Of a DNA stretch of 64,000 nt, positions 1 to 12,087 are shown one piece after another. The DNA lies in the NCBI GenBank assembly GCA_030704615.1, contig CM060731.1, forward strand, positions 77,376,001 through 77,440,000. Reading direction: 5' to 3'. Source of the DNA: Takakia lepidozioides. Its lineage: Eukaryota > Plantae > Bryophyta. Both the position numbers and the translations under genes were made by a program. Each line of letters starts with the position of its first letter. Within the stretch, counting starts at the first letter, position 1. The notes below the pieces were generated by a model that worked only from the letters and a program-made list of their open reading frames with translations, ran no database searches and was not told the origin of the DNA.

Positions 1-197
1 GTGAAATATAACAATGGTAAAGTTGGAGTAACTATCGGAGCAAGCCGGATGAGATAACGGCTTCTTCCTCAAAGAAGATCAACGACATGTTCCAGCAGGA
101 TAGGAAAAGGTCTCGCTTTTAGACTGTGAACTGGAATCGGATTTTTAAAAACCCATCTCTAGCTACTAGTTTGTCTGACCATGGGAGCCTTGGCAAC

Positions 198-1333
198 TGT
201 TAGAGGACTGTAGGGGACTTAGACACTTATACGGGATCTGTAGGGTACCCTTAATTTTTGCACAGACTGAGACCAACAGGAGCCTTAGGGGTGACAGCAG
301 CGCACTGTAGAAGGGGGTTACACAGCCAACACAGCCCGTTACAGTCGACACAGCCGACACAGCCGACACAGCCACACAGCCAGTCACAGCCTACACAGCC
401 AACACAGCTAGTCACAGCCGACACAGCCGACACAGCCGACACAGCCAACACAGCTGACACAGCCCGTCACAGCCGACACAGCCGACACAGCCAACACAGC
501 CGACACAGCCCGTCACAGCCCGTCACAGCAGACACAGCCAACACAGCCGACACAGCCCGTCACAGCAGACACAGCCGACACAGCCGTCACAGCCCGGCAC
601 AGCCACACAGCCAGTCACAGCCCGACACAGCCAAACACAGTCGCACAGCCAGTCACAGCCCGTCACAGTTTCACACAGCCAGTCACAGCTTGACACAGCT
701 GTCACGATCATAGGGAACGAAGAGTAGGACAGGGAACGACTGTGGGGAAACAACACCTGCGAAGGGAACATGTTAGTTCACAGACGACGGTTAGTGAGGG
801 AAACGGTTAGAACTGCGGATAGGAAGATAAAGGGAAAAACGGGGAATTGAGGGGGATCATTATTCGAGGAGGACTTCTTAGTCAGGCTGGAGCGGAGATC
901 GGAAGCAAAAGATGGAGAGCACGGTGAAGGAGGAAAGAGGATTAGTAGATGCTTGTTATATGCAAAGCTGTAGTGATATTGTAGAGCAGATTAGAGACAC
1001 AATGGCTTCGGCTTGATACCTGATAAATCATAATCTGATACTTATGCGATACAATCACACTGTGTAGAGAGATCTGAGTGAAGCTGTGGATTGAATGAAA
1101 GAGTGAAGGAAACCGATAGATTGATGAAGCAAACTGATACTTAATTATCAATGGTAAGGTAGCTAAGATGAATGCGGAAAGGGAAACAAATAGGAAACAC
1201 CCCCATGATACACTAGCTGTAGGTCATGACTGATTGTTCTGCGCGGGCTGAGTACTTAGAGATTTCCAACTCTTCTATCTTGGAGTTTCCGCCTCGGATA
1301 GCGAAGGGATGGGTGAGTAAAAGCTGCGCGACA
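198..1333 (+). repeat. 5' LTR of gypsy family A
   Basis: Begins TGTTAGAGG and ends GCGCGACA. Homologous end to end with 16592-17611. Immediately followed by a PBS. Confidence 0.85.
320..705 (+). repeat. CACAGC/GTCACAGCC microsatellite-like array inside the family A LTR
   Basis: Dozens of 9-10 bp units (ACACAGCCG, GTCACAGCC) read directly. A shorter version lies at ~16720-16920. Confidence 0.9.
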
Positions 1334-1921
1334 TTTGGCGACCATACTGGGGACCTGGGACATGAACAACCAGATGTGACAGGCATCTGGTGGGATCATG
1401 GTGGTTGGACCATTAAAGAATTTGAAGTGAATCAAATTCCCTGTGGAACGAAGGAAGAAAGATTGTCCAAACGATTCTTTCAAAGGTTCTTGGAATTGCC
1501 AGACGGTTGTAAAGAAAATATTCTTAAACGAGTGCATGATGCTGATCCAGAATGGGGTCTAGAGAAAGGAGTGATAAAGATTTATCAGGTAGCCTGTAGA
1601 GGAAGAGCACGTTGGTTACCAACATTGGTTTATGTGATAGCATTGCTATCCATTGAACGAGTAGAGTTTGAAGGCTGGGAAGAAAGAAAGGTGAATGTTT
1701 ATACTCATATGCATGAAGAGCTTGTACTGGTAAAGAATTGGATCCCAAAGGATATTTTGTGGATCAAACTCACACCAAGAACAGCTTTTCAGACTTGTTT
1801 GCCATATGGTTATATGGTAACGGAGACTTCAAGTATAGCCAAGGGTGCATTGAAGCTTGAAAGAAACCCAGGCATATACGAGAGATATTACAGAAGAGAG
1901 TTTTGGTTATTGCCACATTAA
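1226..1921 (+). CDS. Extra ORF upstream of gag, unknown function (true start uncertain)
   Basis: Open for about 190 codons between the PBS and gag with protein-like composition. The ORF-track ATG lies inside the LTR. Confidence 0.4.
   Translation: MTDCSARAEYLEISNSSILEFPPRIAKGWVSKSCATFGDHTGDLGHEQPDVTGIWWDHGGWTIKEFEVNQIPCGTKEERLSKRFFQRFLELPDGCKENILKRVHDADPEWGLEKGVIKIYQVACRGRARWLPTLVYVIALLSIERVEFEGWEERKVNVYTHMHEELVLVKNWIPKDILWIKLTPRTAFQTCLPYGYMVTETSSIAKGALKLERNPGIYERYYRREFWLLPH
1336..1354 (+). promoter_or_regulatory. Primer-binding site of family A (tRNA-Arg-like)
   Basis: TGGCGACCATACTGGGGAC, 2 nt after the LTR CA. Resembles the TGGCGACTC..CTGGGGA PBS of Tat/Ogre-type elements. Confidence 0.7.
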
Positions 1922-1942
1922 AAGAAATGAAAGACATGGGAC

Positions 1943-3880
1943 ATGAGTGATGAAAGAGAAGCTAGACGACAGAGATATTCAGCAAAAAGAGAAAGCTATC
2001 TGAAAGCTAATTATCCATATCTTTGGGAGAGAGGAATAGACATAGGGGAATCATCTGGACCTCTCACACCATCAAGATCAAAGAGTGCATCACCTATACC
2101 GGAAGAGCTAGAGTTGGATGCCACTCATTCTGTTTCTTTGCAAGAAAGATTAAGGGAATTGGTACAGGAAGAAGATCAATCACGAGGTGAAAGATCTGAG
2201 GTACATCCTTGGATAAAAGACTTGACAGAAATCTTTGATAAGAGTTGGCATGGAACACCAAAAGCAGGAACTCCAGTTTCTGAAGCAGAAGATGAAGAAG
2301 GAGAAGAGGATGTGGCAGAGCCAACGGAGAGTTCAGACTCTCCAACACCATTACAGTTGAGTTACATGAGTGAAGAAGAAACCCAAGGGCAGAACTTGGA
2401 GGATGAAAACAGAGAGAAGAAATTAGAAGAGGAAGAATATGAAGAAGTAGACCCAACAGCTGAGGTTGAGACTACAACCAGGACATCCCAACCCGTTGGA
2501 CCTGGATCAAGTGGAGCACTTGGATCACAGGCCAACGAAGGTGTCGGCTCAGGGGGATCAGGCGGGCTGCCTGGATCTGGCTCTAGGGGGACAGGGAGTG
2601 TGGGAAGTAATGCAACTGAAGCTGGGAATACTGTGAATATCGTGGGACCAGAAGCAAGGAGTGCTCAAGGGCCACCACTTGGTGGAAGATCCACCACAAA
2701 AACAACAGGTCCAGAAGGACCAGCACCAGCAAGGGTGCCAGCACCTGTCAGTGGGCAGAAGGTAGGGCCACAGATGGCGTTACAACCAACACGGGCAAAA
2801 CCACCCTTTCCAATATATTCAGGAAAAGGGGATCCCGATGTACACATTAGCCAATTTGAGCACATGTGTATAGTGAACAATGAGAATGGCGATGATGCCA
2901 AGATGAGACTGTTTCCTTGTTCATTTATCAAGAAAGCAAGTGAATGGTATGCAAGATTCTCTGATAATCATTTCCTAACCTGGAATGGCTTGAATACAGC
3001 ATTTCAAAATAGGTTCAGGACAAGTAAAACTGAGGATGAAGTGTATGGAAGTTTACAACAGCTGAAGCAGAAGAAGCATGAAACTGTTGAAGAGTATATG
3101 GAGAAGATGGAATTGATGATGAAAAAGCTGGCTGCAGTACCAGCGCCCGGTTTACAGAAGACTTGGTTTGTGAGTGGATTAAGACCAGAGTTGCAAAAGA
3201 AAGTGGATATGTTACCCCATAACACAGTGGAGGAGGCATTTGAAACTGCGAACAGAATTGAGCAATTGGGAATGCTCAGGAGAGAGAAAAAGAAGAGGAG
3301 GACTCTGAGGATGAGTCAGATGAAGAAGAAGAGCAAGAACTAAAAAGAAAGAGTAAGAGAAAGGAGAAGTTGAAGAGGGATAACTATGAGAAAAGATTGG
3401 AAGAAATCTTGAAGAAGTATGCCACAGAGGCTGCAACACATTGGAGGAAGGGTGTATGGTGTGCAAAGTGCCAGAATGAAGGCCATACCACCACAGAATG
3501 CCACATGAAGGAGAAACACTGTACTATCTGTAAAATGGATAACCATTCTACTGAGAATTGTTACTACAACAGAAGGACAGCTGCAAGAGAACCTAGGCAA
3601 GTAAGGGTGCATCAGGTGCAGCCCCAGCCAAGAAGAAACAATGATCAGGACCACTATGGTAGGTCTGGTGGTTATAACAATGGCATGGAAGGGAGAGGTA
3701 ATTCAAGGGGGAATTACCAAGGAAATTCCAGAGGCAACTATCAGGGTAATCCAAGGGGGAATTACCAGCCCGGGAATCAGGATTATAGAAATAATCCAAG
3801 AACAGACCAAGGGCGAGGACCCAATGGTGAAGAGCTATGTTACTATTGTAATCAGCCAGGACATCGCAAGGCAGCCTGTT
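1943..3880 (+). pseudogene. gag: Family A gag (frameshift near 3300-3370)
   Basis: Retrotrans-gag core (YSGKGDPDVHI...LFPCSF..KASEWY, LKQKKHETVEEY, FVSGL). Three CCHC knuckles: [42 protein letters not shown]. Confidence 0.9.
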
Positions 3881-6800
3881 CATTCTCGTACAGGAACCTT
3901 GCTGTGGACTTGGCTGTGTTGTCCCTCAAAGCTTTAGCTTCCACCCACTTTGTAGTATAATCAGTGGCTGTAATTATGTACCTGTTTCGTGTATTCTTGG
4001 ATGGTGGATTAATTGGTCCAACAAAGTCTAGTCCCCATTTCTGAAATGGTTCCGTAGGCATTGTAGGATGCAAGGCCATCCTTCCAGATCTCTGCAAAGG
4101 TCCTAGCCTCTGACATTCATCACACTTCTGACAATACTCATGTACATCTTTGAACAAAGTAGGCCACCAGTATCCTGCGAGTAGTATCTTTCTACTGGTA
4201 GTCTCTTCTCCAAAATGACCTCCAGCCACTCCTTTATGAACTTCCTCCAAGACTTTATTTACTTCATGGTGGTACAAGCATCGTTTTAGTACTCCATCAG
4301 GTCCTAACTTATACATTCTGCTTCCTACTATAGTATAAGGTAAAGCTTTGATAGCAATTCTCTTCCTCTGCTCCTTACCATAACTAGGTGGGCACTGACC
4401 ATGAGCAAGGTAGTATCTGATTGGCACTGCCAATCTAACCATTCATCTGCACTTCCTTGCACCTCCATTACAAATAAACTCGCATCAGGTAACTGATCGT
4501 CCACTCCTGTGGCGGCCTCTCCTGTTGTTAGTCGTGACAAATGATCTGCCACAAGATGCAAACGGCCAGGCTTGTAAATAACCTCGAACTCAAACTCATG
4601 CAAGATTATTAACCACCTCGCTATCCTTCCACTTATCAAGGTTTGTTCACCAGATATATCAGAGCCTGGTGATCCACATAAAACGTAAACTTTCTTCCCA
4701 ATAGGTAATGCCTGAATTTCTTGACTGCATAAATCATTGCCAATGCTTCTCTTTCCGTTGTACTATAGTTCCTCTCAGCACTGTTCATCAATCGGCTAGC
4801 ATAGTACACAGGTGAATCTATATTCCCTGTAACATTCTGGGCTAACACCGCACCCACGCTTCTCCTGATGCATCGCAGTGAACATGAAATACTACATGCC
4901 AGTGAGGGTTAATCAGCACAGGTGTAGTTGTTACTGACAGTGTAAGTTCCTCAAACGCCTGTTGACATTCAGCTGTCCAGGCAAACACTACATCTTTCTT
5001 CAGAAGCTTGCTCAATGGTGCTGCTATTTGTGCATACCTTTTGACAAATCTTCTGTAATAACTGGTTTGCCCAAGGAATCTGCGTAGACTTTTAACATTC
5101 ACTGGGGGTGGAGAGGCTTTAATGGACTCTGTCTTCCTGGGATCCACAAGGAGTCCCTTCTTACACACAATGTGTCCCAGAAGCACCCCTGAGTTCACAC
5201 ATAAAGTACACTTCTCTGGATTCAGGCCCAGACCTCTCATCCTGCATCTGGCCAAACATAACTCCAATTATGCAAGTGCTCACTCTTAGAGCTGTACACA
5301 CTGAAATCATCCAAGAATACCTGCATGAAATCATCCAGATACTCATGAAAAGATTCACTTATCACTCTCTGAAAGGTCGCTGGTGCATTACAAAGTCCAA
5401 AGGGCATGACTTTGTATGCATAAGCCCCCCAATCTGTGATGAAAGCTGTTTTCCCTTGGTCTTCTTCTGCCACTTGCACTTGATTATAACCACTGAAGCC
5501 ATCCATGAATGAGTACATCTCAGGCCTGCCACAGTGTCTAATACTGCTTCTGTGAATGGCAAAGGGAAAGGATCTTTCTTCGTACAAGCATTCAGCTTCT
5601 TATAGTTACACATACTCTTAGTTTGCCATTCTTCTTGGGAACTATAACAATGGGTGACAACCAAGTTGTATACTCTATGGGGTATATAAACTTAGCCTCA
5701 GCCAACTTCTTTATCTCTTCTCCAACCTTCTGTGCGTAGTTGGGATTCATTCTATACCTCGCCGCTTGATTGGTACTGACCCTGGTTCCAGTTCAATCTA
5801 TGCTGACAGACTTCAGGTGGTATCCCTTTTAGATCCCATAGCTCAAGCAAATACATCTCTGTATTTGATGAACAAGCTTTTGCTTCTTCGAAGAATTCCG
5901 GCTCCAAATCAGCCCTACTTTCACATTCTCGGTTCCTCATGAGTTCCCACATTTACTTCTCTCACCTGCTCATCAGCTGTGATTGTCCAACCAGTCACCA
6001 CTTCATCCTTTAAGCTCACAGTGGCTGGTTCTTCTAGGATTTCTATCTCTCCCTCCTTTCTTCATAGAAATGTGGTGGGTAACTGCTGGTTCCTCTTCAA
6101 TTGGTGTTGCGACACTACACCACAGCAGATACCTCTTAAACAACTTAGGCTTTCCAGCCGCATCTCCGCAACCTGCTCCCACTCTGGGTGTGCAGGCAAA
6201 TAGGGTAGCTTCCTGCTCCTCATCCAGTCCTCCTCTCCAGTCATACTCTCTGACTCCTCGAGGTCTTCTTGTAGCAGGTAATCTACTAGATTTCTTTGTG
6301 GTAATTTGTATCTCGTGTATCCCATTATGCACGGTTAATAACTGAGAATTTCCAGTCATGGAATACCCTGGCCTGTTCAGACACGGACGTCAATAATAAG
6401 GAGTAAGCCTCCATGACTTCATCCATTTTAATACAGTTACTGTGATCATAAAGATCATTTTCTGTATCTGTATCTTAACTCCTCTAATTAAATCCCAATG
6501 GCTGCACACTTCTTTGATCTGCCATTGTTACGTAAATGGGGCTGGTTTCATGTTACTTAGACCAAGCTTCTTCCTAATTGGTCTGTCATGATATTTACTC
6601 CAGAACCACCATCTATCAGTAATCAGTTAGTTCTGTGCTTCAACTCTCAATTGGATTACTGGCATAGAATCATCAAAGTCCATGACTGGTTCTCGCCCTT
6701 CGGCTTACATTATAACTGGTCACCTTGCTGTTCAGGTGTGTTTCCTGTCTCTTGGGCAATTCGATTGATTGCCTGATACAGCCTGTGCCTACAATAAGGT

Positions 6801-7178
6801 GCCACAGCTAATAGCTGTCCAATGGTAATTCTGCTTTGGTCTGACATTTACTGCAGCCAAAGTCTCTTCATTACTTTGCATGTCTGCATCTTCTTTTTTT
6901 CTTTCTCCTCACTCCCTTCTTTTTCTCCATCCGAATCAGAGGAATCTGCCACAGGAATATCAGTACTCTTTTGCATTTCCCTTATAGTATCTGCCACTTC
7001 CTTGTGCAGTTCTTCTCATCTTTCCAAGTCTCTTCATCTTCAGGCATATCATTGCCACTTCCAGTCTCATCTTCTTCCTCTTCTACTGGAGGTATTAGTT
7101 TGGTTTACTTCTTGTTACTATCATTGTACTTACTTCTGGTACAGCACATGGCCTAACCATGTGAGCTGCCACCACTGG
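3881..7178 (-). pseudogene. pol: Family A pol (protease, RT, RNase H, integrase N-half), inverted relative to gag and frameshifted
   Basis: Protease LIDGGSGVN (~6600). RT MDGFSGYNQ, MPFGLCNAPATFQR, FLDDF. RNase H HCDAS, YSTTEREALA. Integrase [20 protein letters not shown]. Confidence 0.9.
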
Positions 7179-7678
7179 NNNNNNNNNNNNNNNNNNNNNN
7201 NNNNNNNNNNNNNNNNNNNNNNNNNNNNNNNNNNNNNNNNNNNNNNNNNNNNNNNNNNNNNNNNNNNNNNNNNNNNNNNNNNNNNNNNNNNNNNNNNNNN
7301 NNNNNNNNNNNNNNNNNNNNNNNNNNNNNNNNNNNNNNNNNNNNNNNNNNNNNNNNNNNNNNNNNNNNNNNNNNNNNNNNNNNNNNNNNNNNNNNNNNNN
7401 NNNNNNNNNNNNNNNNNNNNNNNNNNNNNNNNNNNNNNNNNNNNNNNNNNNNNNNNNNNNNNNNNNNNNNNNNNNNNNNNNNNNNNNNNNNNNNNNNNNN
7501 NNNNNNNNNNNNNNNNNNNNNNNNNNNNNNNNNNNNNNNNNNNNNNNNNNNNNNNNNNNNNNNNNNNNNNNNNNNNNNNNNNNNNNNNNNNNNNNNNNNN
7601 NNNNNNNNNNNNNNNNNNNNNNNNNNNNNNNNNNNNNNNNNNNNNNNNNNNNNNNNNNNNNNNNNNNNNNNNNNNNNN
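7179..7678. other. Assembly gap (500 N)
   Basis: Run of N. Confidence 1.
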
Positions 7679-8299
7679 AACAAAGCCTGTAGCTTGGGTT
7701 TGAAGTACGACAAGAATTCAACAGAGGCAGTCGTTTGGTATTGGAGTTTCAGTCTCATTCTAGGGCTCCATCTTTTCTCCCCAACATTCTCTTCTGCATA
7801 GCATCTCCACTGCATCTGTCAAATCACAACCATTTGCCTCCACGGGACAAATAGATAACTTACTGAGCCACACCTCAAGCACTCTCCATGAGACAGTCTC
7901 GCCGATGCCATTCATCCAATTCCCCTTTGGGACAAACAATTTCTTGCCAAGCCAAGTCACTCCTTTGTAGGGGTGCTTGTTCGCTTGACAACCAGCTTCA
8001 CCATCTAATACTGCCCACGTCGACAAATATTACAGTCACAAGTACATGATGATGGAGAGTGGACACCCCTCTCGGCAGTCCGCATGTTGTTGAACTCCGC
8101 CATCTCCACATGATATTTGCAGCAACAAACATTACGATCCTTCAGGCGTTTGACAAAGAATGGCCTCAACAACTCAAACAATCGTTGACCCACTTTGACA
8201 TTGGGATGGGCTGATTTGAAGCAAAGAAAGAAAGCAGTCTGCATTGCCACCACAACATGCACAAAGAGAATCCCATTTAGTGCATGCACTAAGAATACC

Positions 8300-8780
8300 T
8301 ACTACTAGACCTAGACCAGTCCTAGACCTAGTCTTAGTCATAGTCCTTTCTCATCACATGTCAAATTGTACAAGTACTAATCAGTCCTAGTAGTCCTAGA
8401 CCTAGTCCTTCCTAGTCACATATGAAGTAGTACATGTACTAATCAGTTCGAGTGTGAGTCCTTTCTAGTCACATATCAAGGAATGCATGTACTAACCAGT
8501 CCTAGTCCTAGTCCTAGTCACATACCAATGAATGCATGTCCTAATCAGTCCTAGTCCTACTTCTTTCTAGTCACATATCAAGGAATGCAGTCCAAATTGG
8601 TCCTAGTCCTAGTCATTGTCCTTTTCTAGTCACATTTCAAGGAGTGCATGTACTAATGGAGTACATGTACATCGACTTCTAGTCCCTCCAAATCAAATTA
8701 CATGGAGTGCATGCTATTTTGTCCTATCTAGTCATAATATAAGGAGTGCATGCTAGTGAGTCGTACTTCTAGTCCATCCC
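8300..8780. repeat. Degenerate CTAGTC-rich tandem repeat
   Basis: Recurrent CTAGTCACAT...GTACTAATCAGTCCTAG units. Confidence 0.7.
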
Positions 8781-10144
8781 AGGCCTGTTTACAATGAGTA
8801 CCAGTCCAATGAAACAAGAGGGACATCTTCAAGACACTCCAATTCAAAACATGAGCTGGACATAGTGTCCACAATTGAGTACAGTAATCTCAGTCCACTG
8901 GTAGGTTTACAGGTGACGATGTACCTTGTCTAGGGAAAATGTACGAGGCAACCCAAACAACACAATGGCAGTTGACAAACTCCAACATAGTCCAATACAG
9001 TTATGTACAGTAGTAAGTGTAGAAGGATTGTAAAGTACTGAGAGCCCACACAAACACTGTAAAGAGAGGGTTCGCTTACCTGAGTCTCAAGAAGATAGTG
9101 AGCAGGTTGTGTATCATAGACTTTCCTCGATACGCGCTGCCTCACGACATCTTTCTTGTTGGGTGACACTCGTGTCTCATTTACCCACCAAGCCAAAACG
9201 ATCGCTCGGTCGCATCTGGTACATGATCAGACCTTTTCTTTCTCCCACCCAAAGCCCACAAACCCTCACCTTCTGAATCAATGAAACTTCGCCGTACAAT
9301 TGCACGACTAATATTGCTATGATGAATATTAAGAATACAAGCCGTTGCCCTCACAGCAGTGGTCTGGGTTCCACTAACAGACGCTGTTAAGAATGAGCGT
9401 TTACTCGCAAGCTTATCTAAAGATTGCACACCCTTAACAAGTTGCATGGAGCTCTGCTGGTTCTTCAACAGATCTGCATGCGCCTTGGCCTCCTTAGGCG
9501 GCAAGTAATAGGCAGGTAAGCTGAGTTTAATGAGATGGTGACCCAAGAATAACTCCATTACCTCTATTTGTGAATGAAGTGTTGGGCATTCCCTCAATTG
9601 CTTGTAACAGAAGTCGGCCATTTTCAAAGCTATTCTCCTCTTGTCTCGTTCTCCAAACCCCACCCTGGCATCTTCCACAGAACCTTGCCCAGACGTTGTA
9701 GTAGCCGCATTAATCTCTGCCTCTTTTTGGGCTTGAAGTCTCTCCCTATACATTCTTTTCTAGTCAGCGTGGGTTTGTTTGCGTGCATCCTCGGTGGGCC
9801 TGGCTGCAGCCAACAAAGCCAGTTTTGCCCTTTTTTGAGGGGCATGGTCTTACCTCTCCATTTACCCTATACTTGTTCTTCTTGTTCCCCATTGAAAACT
9901 GATACAACTGTTAGCACAATATAGAGATCGGAAACCAAACAACAGTTTGCTTAAGTGTACTCTCTCTCCCAATGGTTGTCCCAGTCCAATTCAGTTGTAT
10001 GAAAACATGGCCTGCAAAACAACCCAAAGCAAATGTGAGAAGAATATCAACACTCTCGGTTCTGTTGCACCAATTTACACCAAGTAGGAAAATCTGCAAT
10101 GAATATGACAACAAATGGGAGAGCCCCCACCTTTACTTGTTATG

Positions 10145-10400
10145 TAATCAGCCACAAACCCAATGCTTCCACGATTTACTTCACCATTCCTATTATTCTC
10201 TCGCCTTGTCATCCGGATTGTGGACAAAATCAGAATGTCGACTTCACGTCCTTGAAACCCATCCACAGTATTGAACTCAATGTCACATGCTGCACCAGAA
10301 CCTAGTGCACGAATAAAGCGATTCTGAAGCAGTAATAGCTGCTGCTTGTACAGTGTAATTATTATCCCAAAGCGCCCTGGCCTCACCTCAGCTGAATACC
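10145..10400 (-). pseudogene. Fragment of a SEN1/UPF1-family (SF1) helicase C-terminal domain
   Basis: GIIITLYKQQ...FNTVDGFQGREVDILILSTIR...IGFVAD matches the I(T/S)PY..Q and TVD.FQG.E.D motifs. Confidence 0.8.
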
Positions 10401-12087
10401 TGGTAAAATTCCACCAACGCAGCAGCAGCAAAGAACGCATATCATCAGCAGGAAAATCGCATATCATCACAATACAACATCATTTTGAACCCCCAAGGAT
10501 GCACCTTGAGAGGGACCCTGTATATAATCAAGTCTCCTGCTATAGGGCAGTCAATGCAATATGCCGGTAGGGGTTCCCACTCAAAAACAGGATGAGCACG
10601 ATAAGGCATGAGATTGCTATGGTGGCGGGAGCCCTGGATAGAGAACCTATCCAAACTAACGCATAGTACATCCTCTTACTCATGCTCAACTTGAGGGAAG
10701 ATTAACATTATTCTAGATGGAGGTAATGCGCAGGCTGTAAGTAGCTGCGATTGAAGTGCACGCGACCTACAAGCAGCTTGCGTACCCAAGACTTGAGCTA
10801 GTAGATGGGCTGATATGGTTCAGATTGTGACCCTCACAAACGCAAACACAATACCACTTACAGCTAGTTATCACTATACAAAGATTGCAACCTCCAAAAC
10901 TCACACATGTATCACATAAATACTACACAGGGCACTTTCTTGGAACTCAGGTGAGCAACATAGACAAATGAATGTGCGTGCGTAGTGAGTACGACAAGAG
11001 CAAAACCAAACACCCGAATGCTGGAGGAAATGGCCAGGTTGCACGAAGATACATCAATGGCGAGGTTGCACGCCAATACTGCCCGTGTCGCACCCCGTAT
11101 CCAACGTGTTCCAGGCTGTTGTGCGCTCTAGTGCATTACATAACAACTGAAAGCATATCATGCATGGCTATCTCTGCACACTCAAAAATATGAGAAAGAA
11201 GATCGATAGCACGAATAGAACGTTAGGCCATTAGGGCAAAGGTGTATGGGCCACACTTGCAAACGCGCAGACATTTTGAAAATCTACGTTGACAGACCAC
11301 CCGGCGACGGGTGACCCGCCGTCTCGCACACTCCATGCGCGAGACTGTTGTCTTGAAGCTTTTCATGCAACATCCATGGCGGACGCAGCCGCGCAGTCCA
11401 TATTTCACGGTAGGCAGCTCGAACGACTTAGTTTTTTTCACCAAAATGGCATATGTAGCAACCTTTAGTGTCTCCTGCAACCCCTTTGCCCTTATGTGAA
11501 TGTTACATTATTTTCTAGATTTTCCAAAATATACACCAATGTAACTCTCTTCATGAAAAATCATCAAGCAGTTCATTCCTTCATAAAAACCTCCATATCA
11601 TTGTAAAGTGCCTTAGGGAGTCTTGAAAGCTACACTTCTTATGAAAGGACCATAGCATGAAAATGAATGGAAAAAGGTCTAATGAATTAGGATGTTCCAA
11701 GATAAAATGATAGATTTTGAAAATTTCTCACATATCTCATAAACTAATTCTTAGGGCTACATTGTGGTTTCCACGTATAACGGTGACCTTCCTACTGGAC
11801 ATTAAAATCCCTATGTGAATTGAAGTTTTCCACCACTCCAATTGATTCCATATAGTCCACAACCTTACTTTGGACATCATACATACTTTTACGTTTGGAC
11901 TTCATTCAATGCTCAAATCTCCATGGATTCCAGAAAGAAAACCACCGTTGTTTTCAGCACAGAATAAGGATCAATGATTCATGTCTAAACTTTCAAAATG
12001 CACTTATATCCAACATCCATGTCAGTCCTTCTATGTGGCACTGCATTCGCAGAGAGCTTGGGACGTCCATTTTGGGTGGACCGTAGC

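Larger units (their letters stand above)
7679..12087 (-). mobile_element. Degenerate DNA-transposon-like element, superfamily not determined
   Basis: Broken minus-strand ORFs, including FELLRPFFVKRLKDRNVCCCKYH (an F..LRP...CxCxxH motif I associate with transposase-like proteins). Sharp junction with family A pol at ~12087. Confidence 0.4.

Noticed and set aside
166-771. ORFs over CACAGC arrays (also 16652-16894 and 51879-53043)
   Set aside because: They are translations of stop-free simple repeats.
6822-7815. ORFs spanning the N gap
   Set aside because: Artefacts of translating N.
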